DNA from: Mayamaea pseudoterrestris
Lineage: Eukaryota
Length of the DNA: 64,000 nt
Direction of reading: 5' to 3'
NCBI GenBank assembly: GCA_027923505.1
Contig: BROI01000012.1
Coordinates: forward strand, 124,001 to 188,000
Part shown: positions 1 through 12,195 of the stretch, in pieces
Position numbering within the stretch: position 1 is the first letter of the stretch
Layout of the letters: each line of letters opens with the position of its first letter
Notes under the pieces: generated by a model
The model's database searches: none
Told to the model about the DNA's origin: nothing
Seen by the model: only the letters and a program-made list of their open reading frames with translations
Position numbers and translations under genes: made by a program

Positions 1-160
1 CGTCTTCGCTCTCCGAAGTAACGCTACTCATTTCATGTTCCTCCACTGCCGCGTCCATCTCCAAGTCGCCGCCTTCGTCCTCCTCAAAAATTGACGGATT
101 AACTTTATCGAGCGCTGCGGCTACATGGCGCTTTCGCAGAGTCATTCGAGTTGCACTCAT
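1..160 (-). CDS. 5' end of a gene running off the window edge (acidic N-terminus, unknown protein)
   Basis: ATG at 160 opens MSATRMTLRKRHVAAALDKVNPSIFEEDEGGDLEMDAAVEEHEMSSVTSESED with no stop before base 1; translated by hand, not in the ORF track. Confidence 0.5.
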   Translation of the reverse strand, partial: MSATRMTLRKRHVAAALDKVNPSIFEEDEGGDLEMDAAVEEHEMSSVTSESED

Positions 161-639
161 TGTAGAATTAGCAATATTCGTTATGACTGAAAGATGCTGC
201 TTTCTCGTTTGCGCGAATATCGCAAATGGATCCGAAAATCCTCGTCCGTCCGTGCGCTCACGAGTCTTGCCGTTTCCAAAGCAGTCTGGACTACCGGTAC
301 GTTACAAAGACTGCTAAAGATCTTTTGAAAATTGTAGCTGCCCCTGAAGCTAAATGATTAGTTGAATATGTGTACTCGCTTCAATAGCAAGGCGAGAGCG
401 AGTTGGAGTCTATTCGCTTGAGCGGTCTGCACCCATGGTTGTCACGTTGTCGCGCCCGACGACGATCAAAAGTCCGCGAATACCGGTGCGTCGTGAGCTA
501 GCATGCGTGGTGAAATTAATCGCGGCGAGACGGAATCTTGGGCAACCTACGTAGTACTACATTTTATTGCACGCGAGCGAGAACAATGTGCCAGCTTATG
601 TAAGTAGAATAAGTCGCTATTACAGGTTGGATGTGACTA

Positions 640-2649
640 TCAATTCACGACATTGGCATCAGCGTTGTCACGAGGATTGTCATCCGCATTGGCATTCGCC
701 CCATTGGCATTTGCAGCCACATTGTTGTTGATCTGCGCAAGCCCATAGCGATAGTCGAGATCACGCCAAAGATACATAAAGTTTCCATTTTCAATCTGAG
801 CAAGCCGCGAAGGAGTGCAAATGCTGGTGCAGCAGAAGTCGTACTTATCATATGAGAAATGATCCGTTCCTTCGATCCAAAGCAAAAATGCCTTTGCCTT
901 GACAACCATGTCAATCCACTTTGCGGAAGCCTCCGTGTACGCCTCTCGGGGCTGTTGCATGTGCTTCTTGTAGCATTTGACCCAGTACGCTCCAACTAGT
1001 TTTACCAAATCAGCGTCGATCGCGTCAGTATTGATTTCGTTGACAAGTCCACCGAGAATTTCCTTGCCAAACTCTGGCGTATGATACTTAAAGGCTGCAA
1101 GTGAGGTACTTGCGTCAAATAGTTTATTCTCTTCAATCATGCCCAACACTGCATTGGTCAACTTCGGCACAACACTTGCGAGATCGGGAAACTTCTTTGA
1201 TAACATTATCTTGAGTTGGACCTCATATGGACTGCCATTCGCCAGGAAGTCAAAGGATAGCAGGTTTGAGTCCAACAACATTTTAATCTTCTTGTTGATG
1301 GTGACAGCAGCTACATTTATATCCTTGCTTGTGACTTTGGTCGGCGCTCGGACAAAGCCCCTGAGAAGGTTGTCGACAAATGGACAATCAAAAATGACGG
1401 CTCCCTTCTCGTTCACCGAATGCTTCAAAATAAAGTCTCGCGTGCGCACCCGCAGTTTTGCTTGTAGATCAAATAGGAGCGGCTCTACTTTGTACTGTCG
1501 ATTTACTGCAGCTTTGAGAGCAGCCTCCTGTCGGCGCTCGCGACGAATTATCGCAGCTTTTTTGGCAAGCTCCTGCGCAGCGACTCGAGCCTCCATAAAC
1601 TCCTTGTAGCGCGCGCTGGACGTGGTATCGTACCCGAGAACAAAATCGACAATCTTGCTGACTGGTTGAGCTGGATACTGCTTGACCAACTTTAGAATTT
1701 GATGCATATGTCGACGAGTGCAAATTGGACCAATCGCCTCGCCTCCGCGCCGCTGCTGTTGCAAAAACGTTACAGACCATACAACCGCTAAACAGTTGAA
1801 AGGATATGTGGTCATCTCGACACTAGTGGTATCAACTGTGCACAAGAGTCGTTTGTCCCAGATGGCTGCATTACAGCGAGATCTGCCACGATTGCCTCGC
1901 CAAGTAACAGTCAAGGCTTTTGCCTGTCGCTTTTCGAAACAGTCTTCACAGCAAAACAAGCCATGAAGAAGGGAAATATAATAATTTCCAGGTTCGTTGC
2001 AGAATTCGCATCGCTTGGCGTTGACAAGCTGGAGCAGTCGTAGGGGAGAGGGAGCGTAAAGGGTGCATTTAGGCAAGATCAATTCCAGGCCGCGAAGTCG
2101 TTCCTCCTGCGTCTTGTTTCCTGTCACCATGGCGCTTTTGACAACCATTGTCATTGTCAACTTGTCGCGCAGCGTCTTGCAACTCAAGGCAAGTGTCAAA
2201 AGCTCGCGATGGCCGACGTACTGCATGACGAGACCGAGCACGTCCAAGTCGATTGTAACGCCCAATCCTTTGCGGCGCTTGCGAGATGTGATAAGAATTT
2301 CAGTATCTGTAGTTTGGTTGCGTTTGCGACGCGAGCTCGCACCATTCTTGTCCTCCATCTGCAACATGTTTTTCACCGACTTGCCCTTGGCGAGACGGCG
2401 AAGACGTTCCGTTGTGGTTTCGCGCTTGGCGATCCAATCCGCAGATGGAGTCGGATGAATAGTATCATTGCTGCTCGCGTCAATTTCCGTCTCGAGAACC
2501 GTGTCATTGTATGCGATTGCGTCATTGGTGCCGTCAATAACAGCAACAGGCTTCTGAATCATCTTATCACCAGCGGAGGGACCGAATAGGGCCCTTTCTT
2601 CCTCGTCGTCGGCTTTCGCACTCTTGGTAGAGTTTCTTGTACTGCGCAT
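640..2649 (-). CDS. F-box-like protein with Cys-rich (CxxC...CCxxC) putative zinc finger
   Basis: 708-aa ORF, likely start MRSTRNS at 2649. F-box-like DLDVLGLVMQYVGHRELLTLALSCKTLRD is followed by CEFC...CCEDC; basic NLS-like RKRRK. Confidence 0.6.
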   Translation of the reverse strand: MRSTRNSTKSAKADDEEERALFGPSAGDKMIQKPVAVIDGTNDAIAYNDTVLETEIDASSNDTIHPTPSADWIAKRETTTERLRRLAKGKSVKNMLQMEDKNGASSRRKRNQTTDTEILITSRKRRKGLGVTIDLDVLGLVMQYVGHRELLTLALSCKTLRDKLTMTMVVKSAMVTGNKTQEERLRGLELILPKCTLYAPSPLRLLQLVNAKRCEFCNEPGNYYISLLHGLFCCEDCFEKRQAKALTVTWRGNRGRSRCNAAIWDKRLLCTVDTTSVEMTTYPFNCLAVVWSVTFLQQQRRGGEAIGPICTRRHMHQILKLVKQYPAQPVSKIVDFVLGYDTTSSARYKEFMEARVAAQELAKKAAIIRRERRQEAALKAAVNRQYKVEPLLFDLQAKLRVRTRDFILKHSVNEKGAVIFDCPFVDNLLRGFVRAPTKVTSKDINVAAVTINKKIKMLLDSNLLSFDFLANGSPYEVQLKIMLSKKFPDLASVVPKLTNAVLGMIEENKLFDASTSLAAFKYHTPEFGKEILGGLVNEINTDAIDADLVKLVGAYWVKCYKKHMQQPREAYTEASAKWIDMVVKAKAFLLWIEGTDHFSYDKYDFCCTSICTPSRLAQIENGNFMYLWRDLDYRYGLAQINNNVAANANGANANADDNPRDNADANVVN

Positions 2650-3234
2650 GATCAGTAATGTCAACGAATCGAGTAGCAATAATGGTAGTATCTGGGCGCA
2701 TTGCAAGATTGAAAACTTTCCGTCGTGAGGCAACGTAGCGACAGTCAAAGTATTTCTTCTTTCCATACGTACCGATTGATCTCGTTTCTCCAGCGTGTTA
2801 CAATGAAAACTTCGCTTGTAAGCGGGCTACTTGAGCTAGGGCGATGCTTGCAAAAGATACGAGCGTCCACGGCGTGACGGCGCGATTAATGTGGATAAAA
2901 AGTCACCGCGGCTGCCTTGTCACTCCTTGAAAGTCTTCACGCTCAATGAATTTACTGAATGTCGCTTGAGAGAGCCTGCTGCAGTTTTAGAGGTTTGTTA
3001 AATTGATGCTGTTGCAGTCGCTTGCGGCAATTCGCTCATGGTCGAGGAGTGAGACTAACATGTTGTGAAAGTGTCGACGTGATGCGATCCTGTGAGTCGC
3101 ATCGTTACTGTCAGGTCATGGTGCGACACTATGCTCGCTCGTTGGCGATGAACCGTCCGTTTCAGTTTCACCATGGCGAAACGGAGGTGCATCATCTACT
3201 TTACAACACTCTACCAAAACGACGCAGTCAAGCA

Positions 3235-4749
3235 ATGACCAAGTTTTTGTTCCTGTTGACGCTGGCAGCTTTTTGCTGCATTTCAATTTACCAGACAGAG
3301 GTCCGCTTGCTTTCCGCATCCGATACAGAAATTGCTGCAGAAAATGACTCCATCCATTCTTTCATACGACCATTTAATACAACATTGCTGCAGCAAGACG
3401 GAAGAAAAGCAGCAAAACAATTTACAAGAATTATACAGATAAATTGGCAAGGCAAGCAAGACTTGAAGACTTTTATGCGAGCTTATTTTGATGACGAAAA
3501 TCTGGTGTGTCGGCACGTCCTCAGCGATTCTTTAAACGCTACAAAATCAATAGCTTCTTCCCGATTGCTTGAGGAACCATCACATACACAATACATTGTT
3601 AACGTAACAATTGGCTGCCGAGCTCTTTTTGAGAATGCTGGCTTGGGGACGGGCAATTTCATGGCTGGTATGTACGCCATGCGACTGGCAGCTCGTGCAC
3701 TTTCCAACGAGCGTCGCAGCGTCGACATGCTCACAAGCTGCCATGATGCGCACCGGGAGCAAGCCAATCTGATACTTCCTTGGTTAATGGGAACGTTCGG
3801 TGGTGCAGCTGCTGCCGGTGATGCTCAATTCAGCGATCGGTTGGCGCAGCAGTATATCAATCCTGCTTCATTCCAAGACGAAGCTTGCAGTTACATTGAC
3901 AAGGCGCCCATTGGACAGCTTTATCCAGAGATGCAGTACGAACTGAGACGCATGGCTGTTACTTTGATTGGGATTCCGCCAGTCGATCATTCGATGTATC
4001 AGATTGTGAAACAGTGGGTCGACGACCAACGACAACGCTTTGCGTCGTCCCCCTTTTTCAATAATCAATATGCTCTCAATTTTAACGCGGACGCACCACC
4101 CTTGTACAACAACGTATCGCTGGATGATGCCATTCTCCACTTTCGTTGCGGCGACCTCATGGACTCGAATCACCCACGGTTTGGCTTTTTACGGTTTCAT
4201 GCTTTTGCGAAACACATTCCGTTGACGGCCAAGTCCATTGGGATTGTCACGCAACCATTCTCGGGATCATTGGAAACGGTTCGTGCACTTGATGCGAGCG
4301 AAACCAAGCGACAACGATGTCGCGTGGTTGTCACCGAGTTGATTTCCTATCTGCAAGCTCGATTTCCAAATGCTCGCGTGCAGCTCCACAATTCACCAGA
4401 CGAAACGATTGCATTGACGTATGCGCGCATGATACTGGCACAAGCGACGATTGCTGGTATAAGTACGTTTGGTGTATTTGCTAGTATTGCGTCCTTTGGT
4501 ACTGGATATATTCGTCGGCCTGACGAACAGTCAGCGACGAATGAGTGGCTGGTGCACCCCAAGCCATTGGACGAAATCATTTCAAGTGACGGGACGCTAA
4601 ATCGTCCGCAAAGACAAGTGCAGGAGCAAGTAAAACAGCTTGTGCTCATGGATGAATTGGACATACTCATGGTCCGACGCGTGAGAGAATTGTGGCTGGA
4701 GCAAGATGGAGAGCAAAAGATTGTCAAGTGGTTTCGCGGAGACGACTGA
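3235..4749 (+). CDS. Type II membrane protein, putative GT11-like (fucosyl)transferase
   Basis: Likely start MTKFLFLLTLAAFCCISI (signal anchor). GLGTGNFMAGMY, ILHFRCGD and ISTFG resemble the GLGNQ, HxRxGD and STF motifs of alpha-1,2-fucosyltransferases. Confidence 0.5.
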   Translation: MTKFLFLLTLAAFCCISIYQTEVRLLSASDTEIAAENDSIHSFIRPFNTTLLQQDGRKAAKQFTRIIQINWQGKQDLKTFMRAYFDDENLVCRHVLSDSLNATKSIASSRLLEEPSHTQYIVNVTIGCRALFENAGLGTGNFMAGMYAMRLAARALSNERRSVDMLTSCHDAHREQANLILPWLMGTFGGAAAAGDAQFSDRLAQQYINPASFQDEACSYIDKAPIGQLYPEMQYELRRMAVTLIGIPPVDHSMYQIVKQWVDDQRQRFASSPFFNNQYALNFNADAPPLYNNVSLDDAILHFRCGDLMDSNHPRFGFLRFHAFAKHIPLTAKSIGIVTQPFSGSLETVRALDASETKRQRCRVVVTELISYLQARFPNARVQLHNSPDETIALTYARMILAQATIAGISTFGVFASIASFGTGYIRRPDEQSATNEWLVHPKPLDEIISSDGTLNRPQRQVQEQVKQLVLMDELDILMVRRVRELWLEQDGEQKIVKWFRGDD

Positions 4750-5054
4750 TTGTGAGCCCATAGCTTCTATGAAATTAAGCAGCGGGATGCTTGCTTAACG
4801 TCACATGATAATCTTTGGGGAACAATAATGAAACTGTTTTCTGAAGAGCCATCCGTCGTCAAAGATGTGGAACTACCGATAGCTAATTTGTAGCCGTAAC
4901 AATCTATCTGCAGTGACTCGTTCAATGGAGGAATTGGTAGTCGGCGCTGCAGCGCATGCCGTACACACAGGTACAGTATTCATAAAATTAAGGTTGCGAT
5001 TTAGAGTAGCTTAATAAACTGCCCCGCACAGTAAGCCGACAACTCGCTTCACCA

Positions 5055-6854
5055 TCAGCAAACGCAAATGCTGTAGATCCAGTCCCATGGATCGCGGTTC
5101 TCCTGGTCTTGCTCCTCCTCAACGACAGAGAAGCGTCGCCACGGCAAGAACGACAAGCCCGTTGCCGTCTCCTCCTTTCGTCGCATGTCCAACTCCTGTC
5201 GCAGCCACACGACATGGTCACTCTTGAGCAAGACACCGACTGAAATGGTAGCATCCGCGTCGTGCTTGCACGGCACCGTCAGTCGCGTCATGCGTCGCGA
5301 CGAGCTTGGTTGAGCTTCAATATTCAGCAGCGAAACCTTGGTCGTCAAAATGTGTCGACGATAGGACCGCCGACGAAGGCGATGCTCGTACAAGGTCAAG
5401 TCAAGGCTCGTTGGTTGCAAGTCGGTAGTTCCGGCGCAGTACATGAGCGCCTGACCGAGTTTCGGTGTAAAGCAACGTTGCTCCTCGTCCCATGAGAGCA
5501 AAATACTTTCCGACTGACCTTCATAAGAAAGCTTGACAGTCCAATTACTCTTTTTCGAAAGTCCAGTCGCGTACAGAGCAGTGACAGTCAGTACACTTGG
5601 TTCAAACGTTAGCGGTCGCGGAACACGATAGGGCGGCTCGAGTAGCTCCACTTCCGTCCCATCCTGTCGCTGCAAAATGGCATGCCGGTTACCAATCACG
5701 TCGCGCAGCAGCGACGACCCTTGCGCAAGCTTGGGCGGTGTCACTGCAGCGGCTGTAGCGTTGTACGTTGGCGTCCAGGCTGGCTCTCGCCGCGGCGCCT
5801 TTGGATAAAACGACTCGTGGCAAAGCTTGCGCAGCACCACGAGCGTGACTTGATCCGTCTTGGACTTGTCCCATCGCAACAAGACTCCATACGTCATGCT
5901 CAAAAAGCCCATGCGCAGTTCAATGAGTGATCTTGTTTCGCAAAAGTTGTCCAAGTCTTGATGAATGCGCGCCTTGCGTCGCTTCATGGTCGCCGGACCC
6001 TTGCGATCGTCCAAGACGACATCCGTCAGCAAGTGCATCTTGGCGCGTAGCTTTTCAAGGCAAGCGTCTCGCCCCTTGGCGCAAATATTGGCGCCAACTT
6101 CGTCGCCCTTGCCCTTGTCTTTTTGCATGCGGCAATGAGCATGAAGATACAAGGATGGATCTGCAGCTTGCGCATCGGCTAGTGCGCCGAGTGAAACGAC
6201 GGATCTTGTCGAGCATTCCGATCGAGTGCTGGTAATGCTGACTTGCCGACGAGGAGCGACGCGAATGCCTGCAGCAGCCGTCGCGTCTCGTTTGTTAGTA
6301 GCAGTGTTACTGCTCGTCGCTGATATATTGCTGTTGTTGCGATTGCTGCGGCTCAATCCCAATGGTCGTCGGCGCTTGCGAGGAGAGTCTGGTTCAACAG
6401 TGACCGCCGCGCCCGGAGGATCGGGTGCTTGCTGATGCGGATGAATGGTACTGGTGGCTGCCGTTGCAACCGTCGACATGGTCGCCACTGTACTTGCCGT
6501 CAATTCACTATTGGTCCGATGAATTTGCATGCCGTCGTTCCCATCGTCGTCGCTGCGATTCCTTGACAGTTTACTCTGCTCGGCGAGGAGTGACTCCAAG
6601 AATTTGTCGTGCAATTGCTCATAGTCAACGTCCGTGTTGCTGCAGTCTTGTCGCGCATTCGTATTCACACAAGCCGATGCAACTGGAGGAGTCTGCAGTC
6701 GCAGTGCCGCGTTCAGTACATTTCCAGGATTGGCGCACTGTCCAACGTCACAGCCAAAGAGATCGATGCTCACGCAGCTTTCGGCCATCCAGTCGCTCCA
6801 ACTGCTGACGGCGCTGTTGCGGTGATTATTGTTGCTGCTGCTATGGACGCTCAT
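5055..6854 (-). CDS. Hypothetical protein (599 aa), low-complexity N-half, possible C2-like C-terminal domain
   Basis: Long uninterrupted ORF; beta-rich C-terminal segment SVLTVTALYATGL...WTVKLSY...LDLTLYEH. Confidence 0.7.
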   Translation of the reverse strand: MSVHSSSNNNHRNSAVSSWSDWMAESCVSIDLFGCDVGQCANPGNVLNAALRLQTPPVASACVNTNARQDCSNTDVDYEQLHDKFLESLLAEQSKLSRNRSDDDGNDGMQIHRTNSELTASTVATMSTVATAATSTIHPHQQAPDPPGAAVTVEPDSPRKRRRPLGLSRSNRNNSNISATSSNTATNKRDATAAAGIRVAPRRQVSITSTRSECSTRSVVSLGALADAQAADPSLYLHAHCRMQKDKGKGDEVGANICAKGRDACLEKLRAKMHLLTDVVLDDRKGPATMKRRKARIHQDLDNFCETRSLIELRMGFLSMTYGVLLRWDKSKTDQVTLVVLRKLCHESFYPKAPRREPAWTPTYNATAAAVTPPKLAQGSSLLRDVIGNRHAILQRQDGTEVELLEPPYRVPRPLTFEPSVLTVTALYATGLSKKSNWTVKLSYEGQSESILLSWDEEQRCFTPKLGQALMYCAGTTDLQPTSLDLTLYEHRLRRRSYRRHILTTKVSLLNIEAQPSSSRRMTRLTVPCKHDADATISVGVLLKSDHVVWLRQELDMRRKEETATGLSFLPWRRFSVVEEEQDQENRDPWDWIYSICVC

Positions 6855-9020
6855 GGTTGCCGTCGCGACGTTTTGCAGTCGCCTTTAGCCTAATTATTTG
6901 TATATATATGTACACGAGATGCTCGCTGCTATTCGATGAGCGTGGATGATTGATCGGGAGGCGGAAGTGATGCTGATGAGGGTGACGGAGAATTGTCTCG
7001 ATGATTTTGCTCCTGTATGGCGCAACGCCCGCAAGACTCTCCTCGAAACGACTCGTCCTCGGTGCGTGGGAAAAACCGAACGAAATCGAGCTAACGCTAC
7101 GGGAGTGCAAATGACTCGCTAACTATAGCACATAGTGTACAGCGTCATTCCCTCACTGATCCACGAGTCCGTTGGACAAAGATACTATACTTTGAAACAT
7201 ATTTCGACACGCAGGCCGCACCCACGTGGACGCGCAACGAAGCTTCCGCACGGATTCAAACAGGATTCGATAGCGAGGCCTTATACGCGAATCTATTGAT
7301 TCGAACGATGCAGACAGCCAACAAGACTTTTAAAGCATCTTCAACTGCGTGGCGAGAGCCGGAAGGTGTCCGCATGGCATGGAGCGTGGCGTCGCTGAAG
7401 GGATTCGGTTTAGCTAAGTGTCTGTAGGGTTGCAGGCTTTCGCAAGCACTACTGGTAGCTATGCATGGCTACCCAAGGACCCAAGGCAGTCTTGTTAGCT
7501 AGAACCGTGCTATCACTACATAGGTTTTAAACAGCTAACAATGAGTACCTTTTGATATACTACCGGTAGTCTCGAGTGTGTCGTCGTCAAAATGGGCTCG
7601 GGAGCACCATGAGAATGGAACGATTCACACTCCTGACATTTTAGTAGGAGAAATGCCTTTAGTTACTGTAGCGTGGAAGCGTTTGCGCCGTTACCGTTTG
7701 CTCTTGATGCGACGGAAGTCCAAATTGTTTCGGCTTTGGGTGAATAGTTATTGCGTTACCCCTTTCATGCACTCGCCGTAAAACGGGTAGTTTGAAATGC
7801 CAGCTTGCTTTTCCCATGCTCCTTCTTAATCCGACTTCGTTGCCATTTCTGCATCACCTCCTTGGTCCGGGGCGACGATGGAAACGATACCAGATGGAAG
7901 CTCCCGCACAATCCTACGCTTGGAGCATCATCCTTACCATTTTACAGTCGTCATTTGATGGCGGTGGAGCCAGGGGCTCCTTGCGGAGTTGGCCAAGCTT
8001 TTAAAGATGACTGATCATGGTGCACTTGTTTGTCCAGTCTAGTCATAGTAATCTGAGCAAGTCGCTCCAAGTAGAGCGGCAGCAAGGCGTCGACCACCAG
8101 TTGCCAGTGTCGGCCCATTGCCAATGGCATCAAACTTTCGCGAGGCTTTCCGTGTTTGCCAATTCGCAACTAGCATGCGCTGATGTAGTAGCAACATGCG
8201 GCGATCAACTTCATGCCCGACATTGTACAGCTCAAGGTTGCAGTCATTGCCAGAAATGGTATACCTGCTTGCTGCTTGTATTCGTCGCTCACCGACGCCA
8301 GGCGTTCCATTGTATGTCGCAAATACCTCTACACTCCAAATACAACGTAGGTCAAACAAGGATATCCAGAAAAGTTTCCAGTAGCAGCCAAAGTTTCAGT
8401 TTGAAAATTGTTGGTAAAGCAAGGTTTTGCCATCTCTTCGTCGATTCGCTCATCGGATTCCCAGTGAGAAGCAAAATAAAGTCCATCGCCCTATCGTAAT
8501 ATACAATGACGTGCAATGCATCGCCTTGCCATATCAATAATCACCAAAGACGGCGATATTGAGGCAACATGTGCGTCGTGTTTAATCGTCCCTTTGCTCC
8601 ACGAAGGAAGGAAGGAGGCGGATGTCGAATGTCGCATGTCACAGTTCATGTTCGCTCCGAGACCCGAGACTCCGAGTTCGTCAATGCCCAAATGCACAGT
8701 CCACGTGAGTTTTTGAATAATATGTGGAGTCAATGCTTCGTGCAGACGTGTGGCAGAGCAAGGATCCTTCGCCAGGAGTATTCACGAAAGGTATGTTTTT
8801 TTCTCGATGGCTTGTCTTTGCAAATGCCGTTCACATATATACCGAAAGTTGCGTGTACGCGCTTCCCTGAGCCACTCGACGTTTTTTCTCTCGCTTGCTG
8901 CTTTCCAGTTCGTCTGCATTAAAGCTAGAAGGTGCAACGACTTTAACTAGGCAACTTGACGAGCGATGATTGTCTCATTGTCGCGCCATCGCGCACCAGC
9001 ATCGAGGTTTTGCAGTTTGT

Positions 9021-9237
9021 GACGTAGTTTTCACTGGCACTCGTTTCATACTATTGCCTCAATGACGTAGTTTTCACTGGCACTCGTTTTGCGCTATTGC
9101 CTTGATGACGCAGTTTTCACTGGCACCCGTTTCGCATTATAGCCTTAGGCTTCGTTCTCACTGGCACTCGTTTCGTAGTATTGCCTTATGACGTAATTGA
9201 CACTGGCACTCGTTTCCTACTATTGCCTTCTGACGTG
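9021..9237. repeat. Minisatellite, 5 copies of a 41-43-bp unit (core CACTGGCACTCGTTTC...TATTGCCT...TGACGT)
   Basis: Units start at about 9021, 9064, 9107, 9149 and 9190, with a partial unit at 9232; read directly. Confidence 0.9.
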
Positions 9238-10679
9238 GTCGGCGATTCATTTGATTGTGTTCCGCAACTTTCGACCTTATTTTGCAACGAACGAACGCTT
9301 TGTTTACATTTATGATCCAAGAGCAGCAAGCGAGTTTAGCATTGCGATACAATGCGTCAGTAGTGCCACTTGCCGCAAGCTCTGCCAGCAACGTGCTTGT
9401 ATTGATGTTGCCGAAGCATTGAGTCTTCCACTTGCCGTTTGGTATTGCCGTTTCGTTTCAAGTCGATTTTTCGGGTTTCACGAAACTGTCGATCGACCAA
9501 CCGACCACCATTTGCAGCAGCATCCGTCATTTTTTTTAAACGCACAGAAGGAAGCTACTGTCATGCCGGATCCAATGGTGCAGTCAGTTTTGTCGTCCGA
9601 AGCGTATTGGTCCCGCCGCAGCTCCGTAAATTGCGTCCGTTTGTTCGTCGCCCCCCTCCAATCCATCCTTGCTACTGCGCCATAGATCATCGAACGCTGA
9701 TACCGTGCATAGACTTGATCTATAATGTAATGGAGCTGTTTGTCAAGTTTGAGTGTGTGCTGATGAGTATTTGAAGTATGTGAGCCCTTGATATGAGACT
9801 CCACATTTTGTGCGAAACTTTGAGGCGAGTCACGCGTAGATGGCAATAAGCATCTCCTCATTCCATTCTCTGCTCTATACTATCAATACAGACGCAAATG
9901 AAGTGATCTAATTGCCAAAGCGGACGGAATTTAAAAGCAACGTTTACATGGCTTCGTACCGAATCACCTGCACCAGCAACCAGCAACACGAAACTGGGAC
10001 ATGCTAGCCCTATCAATGCAACTTGTGTCGAGTTACCTTGAGTACTTGGTCAAGTAGGAGATGATCAGTCTTCTAGCTTGGTAAGAGAGGGGAAACGAGA
10101 CGATTGCGTGTACCTTGCAATAGAATGGGATTTAGTTGTTCGACGTGAAACGAAACGGCAATAGAGGTCTGCCACCGACTAACGAACGGCATGGAAAGTT
10201 CCAGAACCAAACCAAGCTACCTTCGCAAGCACATTCATTCCAGATTAAATTATTTATTGATTCAGCACATGCAGCCTAGTGATGTATTCGTGTTTGATCG
10301 CAGCTGCAGCGAGTGAGCATTTGGTCCATGGTACATGCTGCACTATCTTGCGTCGTTGCTCGTCTGACGAGCAATTCTGTGCTGCGACGACGACGACAAG
10401 GCTGCAAATCGAACGATTGATCACGGCGAGCTTGATCGTGGAGATACCTTGCGCAAGAGTAAAGAAACACTGAATTAAATGGGCGGACGGGTAGGGTGTT
10501 TGTCTATCGAACCTGCCGAGCGAAACGAGACAACTATCCACCGTTAGTGGGAGTTGTTTAGGACGCAAAAGGTAGACCAATGTTCCAATTCCTCTGAAAG
10601 CATACCGTTAGAAACCATACATTAACAATTAACTGTAGCATTTTACAAATCAAGGTAATACGTCATGATGAACATTGTG

Positions 10680-12153
10680 CTAAAATGACACGCCAAGGTT
10701 TTTTTGGAATCGGTGTTTCAACTTTTTCACATGCTTTGGATCCATGCGAACGAATATAGAATCGACCCACGCATATTTCTTGGCATTTGTTTGAAGTGCC
10801 GCTAGCTTCTTCTCCATGATGCTCACTTCCGCTCTGAGAAAGGTGTTGTCTACTTGGAGCTGCCTCGTTTCCTGGTGGTGCTTATCGGTTAAGCGACGGC
10901 CAGGTGGTGTCGACAAGGCCGTGCGAATACCTTTTGTTTCATCAGTTGTAGGAAGAATCTCAAGTATCGTACTGCACGAGACTCGAGTATGCGAAAGGTT
11001 CTGGATAAGCTGGTGATGGCGGTTAGCTCGCGTAAGGTTGGCAACGATAAGCTGCCAAGTCATCTTTCCTGTGACTTCCAGCGTGGCTTGCTCGATCGAG
11101 TTAAGCTCCTGCCGCAGCTGAATTTCTAATGCAGCTTTGCGTCGCGCAGCTTCGATTAGCTCCTTCTTGTGATTGACAAGGAGCTGTCGCTTCTCCGAGT
11201 CGACAGCTTGAATTTTGTCTTCGACTTCGCTTTCCGTGTCCGCTGCAGCCTGAAACAGTTTCTGTAGCTTGGCAACTCGTAAATTGTAAATGAGCTCGGG
11301 GTGTCGAGCCATGAGATTGAGGTTTGCGTTGACAAACTGATCAAATACCGTCTCATACAGTCGGACAAACTCAATGTCGTTGTCATCAAAGCTTCCGGTG
11401 CTTTCGCCATTATTGTCAAAAGTTTCACGAGATTTGATCGAAGCACTGGGTGCACTGTGCGAATCCTCAGTTGATTCGTTGCAGCTAAAACTCATGACTA
11501 GTGCCCGTCGGATGCGAGCCTGGATGATGTTCCGTGCCATCATTTCCTCCGGCGACGTCATGAGTGAATGCTCCACAGTCTCGTCGCAGGCGTGGTCGCC
11601 GCCTGGTTCACGCGAGTCGTCGTCGTTGTCGTCATCTGCCGCTTGGTTGGGAGCCTGCTGAGTCTCTACTGTGATATCCTCGTGTTGTTGGTTCATCGCC
11701 ATGTAGTTTTGATGCAGCTCAGGATACATCTCTAACTGATCGATAATGGCATGAAATGATCCACCGTAGTACGTTTCGGCCGTCACCGACGGAATGGGCG
11801 ATGTTGTATCATATCTTTCGTTGTAAAAATGAGCATCAGGTGTTGGGTTCGGTGGTAGTACCGGGACAGCAGCGTATAGCTGACTCTGAGGTTCATCGGT
11901 CGCCGCAGAACTTGCTTCAAACTTATTTGGAGAGTATGCCTCGTGCTTGATAGTAGCAGGGCTTGCCTGTGGAACAAAAAATGAGCTAGCTGCATGATTC
12001 GCCATCCTGTTTTGTTGGAAAAATGGCTGCGGGGATGTAGTTCTGCTGCCCTGTGGCCTTGCTCCCAAATTCGTCGTTGCTGTTTCAAGTGAAGGTACCA
12101 TGGCATGGTTAGGCGTTATTGACGGGTGCGATATTTGATCTATTTGCTGGCCG

Positions 12154-12195
<42 letters not shown>

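Noticed and set aside
3022..3234. Upstream extensions of ORF-track calls using TTG/GTG starts (also 13497, 15791, 28913, 41715, 51138, 53414, 57413)
   Set aside because: These are eukaryotic genes; a downstream ATG gives a more plausible N-terminus (signal peptide, myristoylation motif or good initiation context).
9021..9237. Mini-CRISPR interpretation of the 42-bp repeat
   Set aside because: Variable parts are only a few nt and homologous between units; this is a diverged minisatellite.
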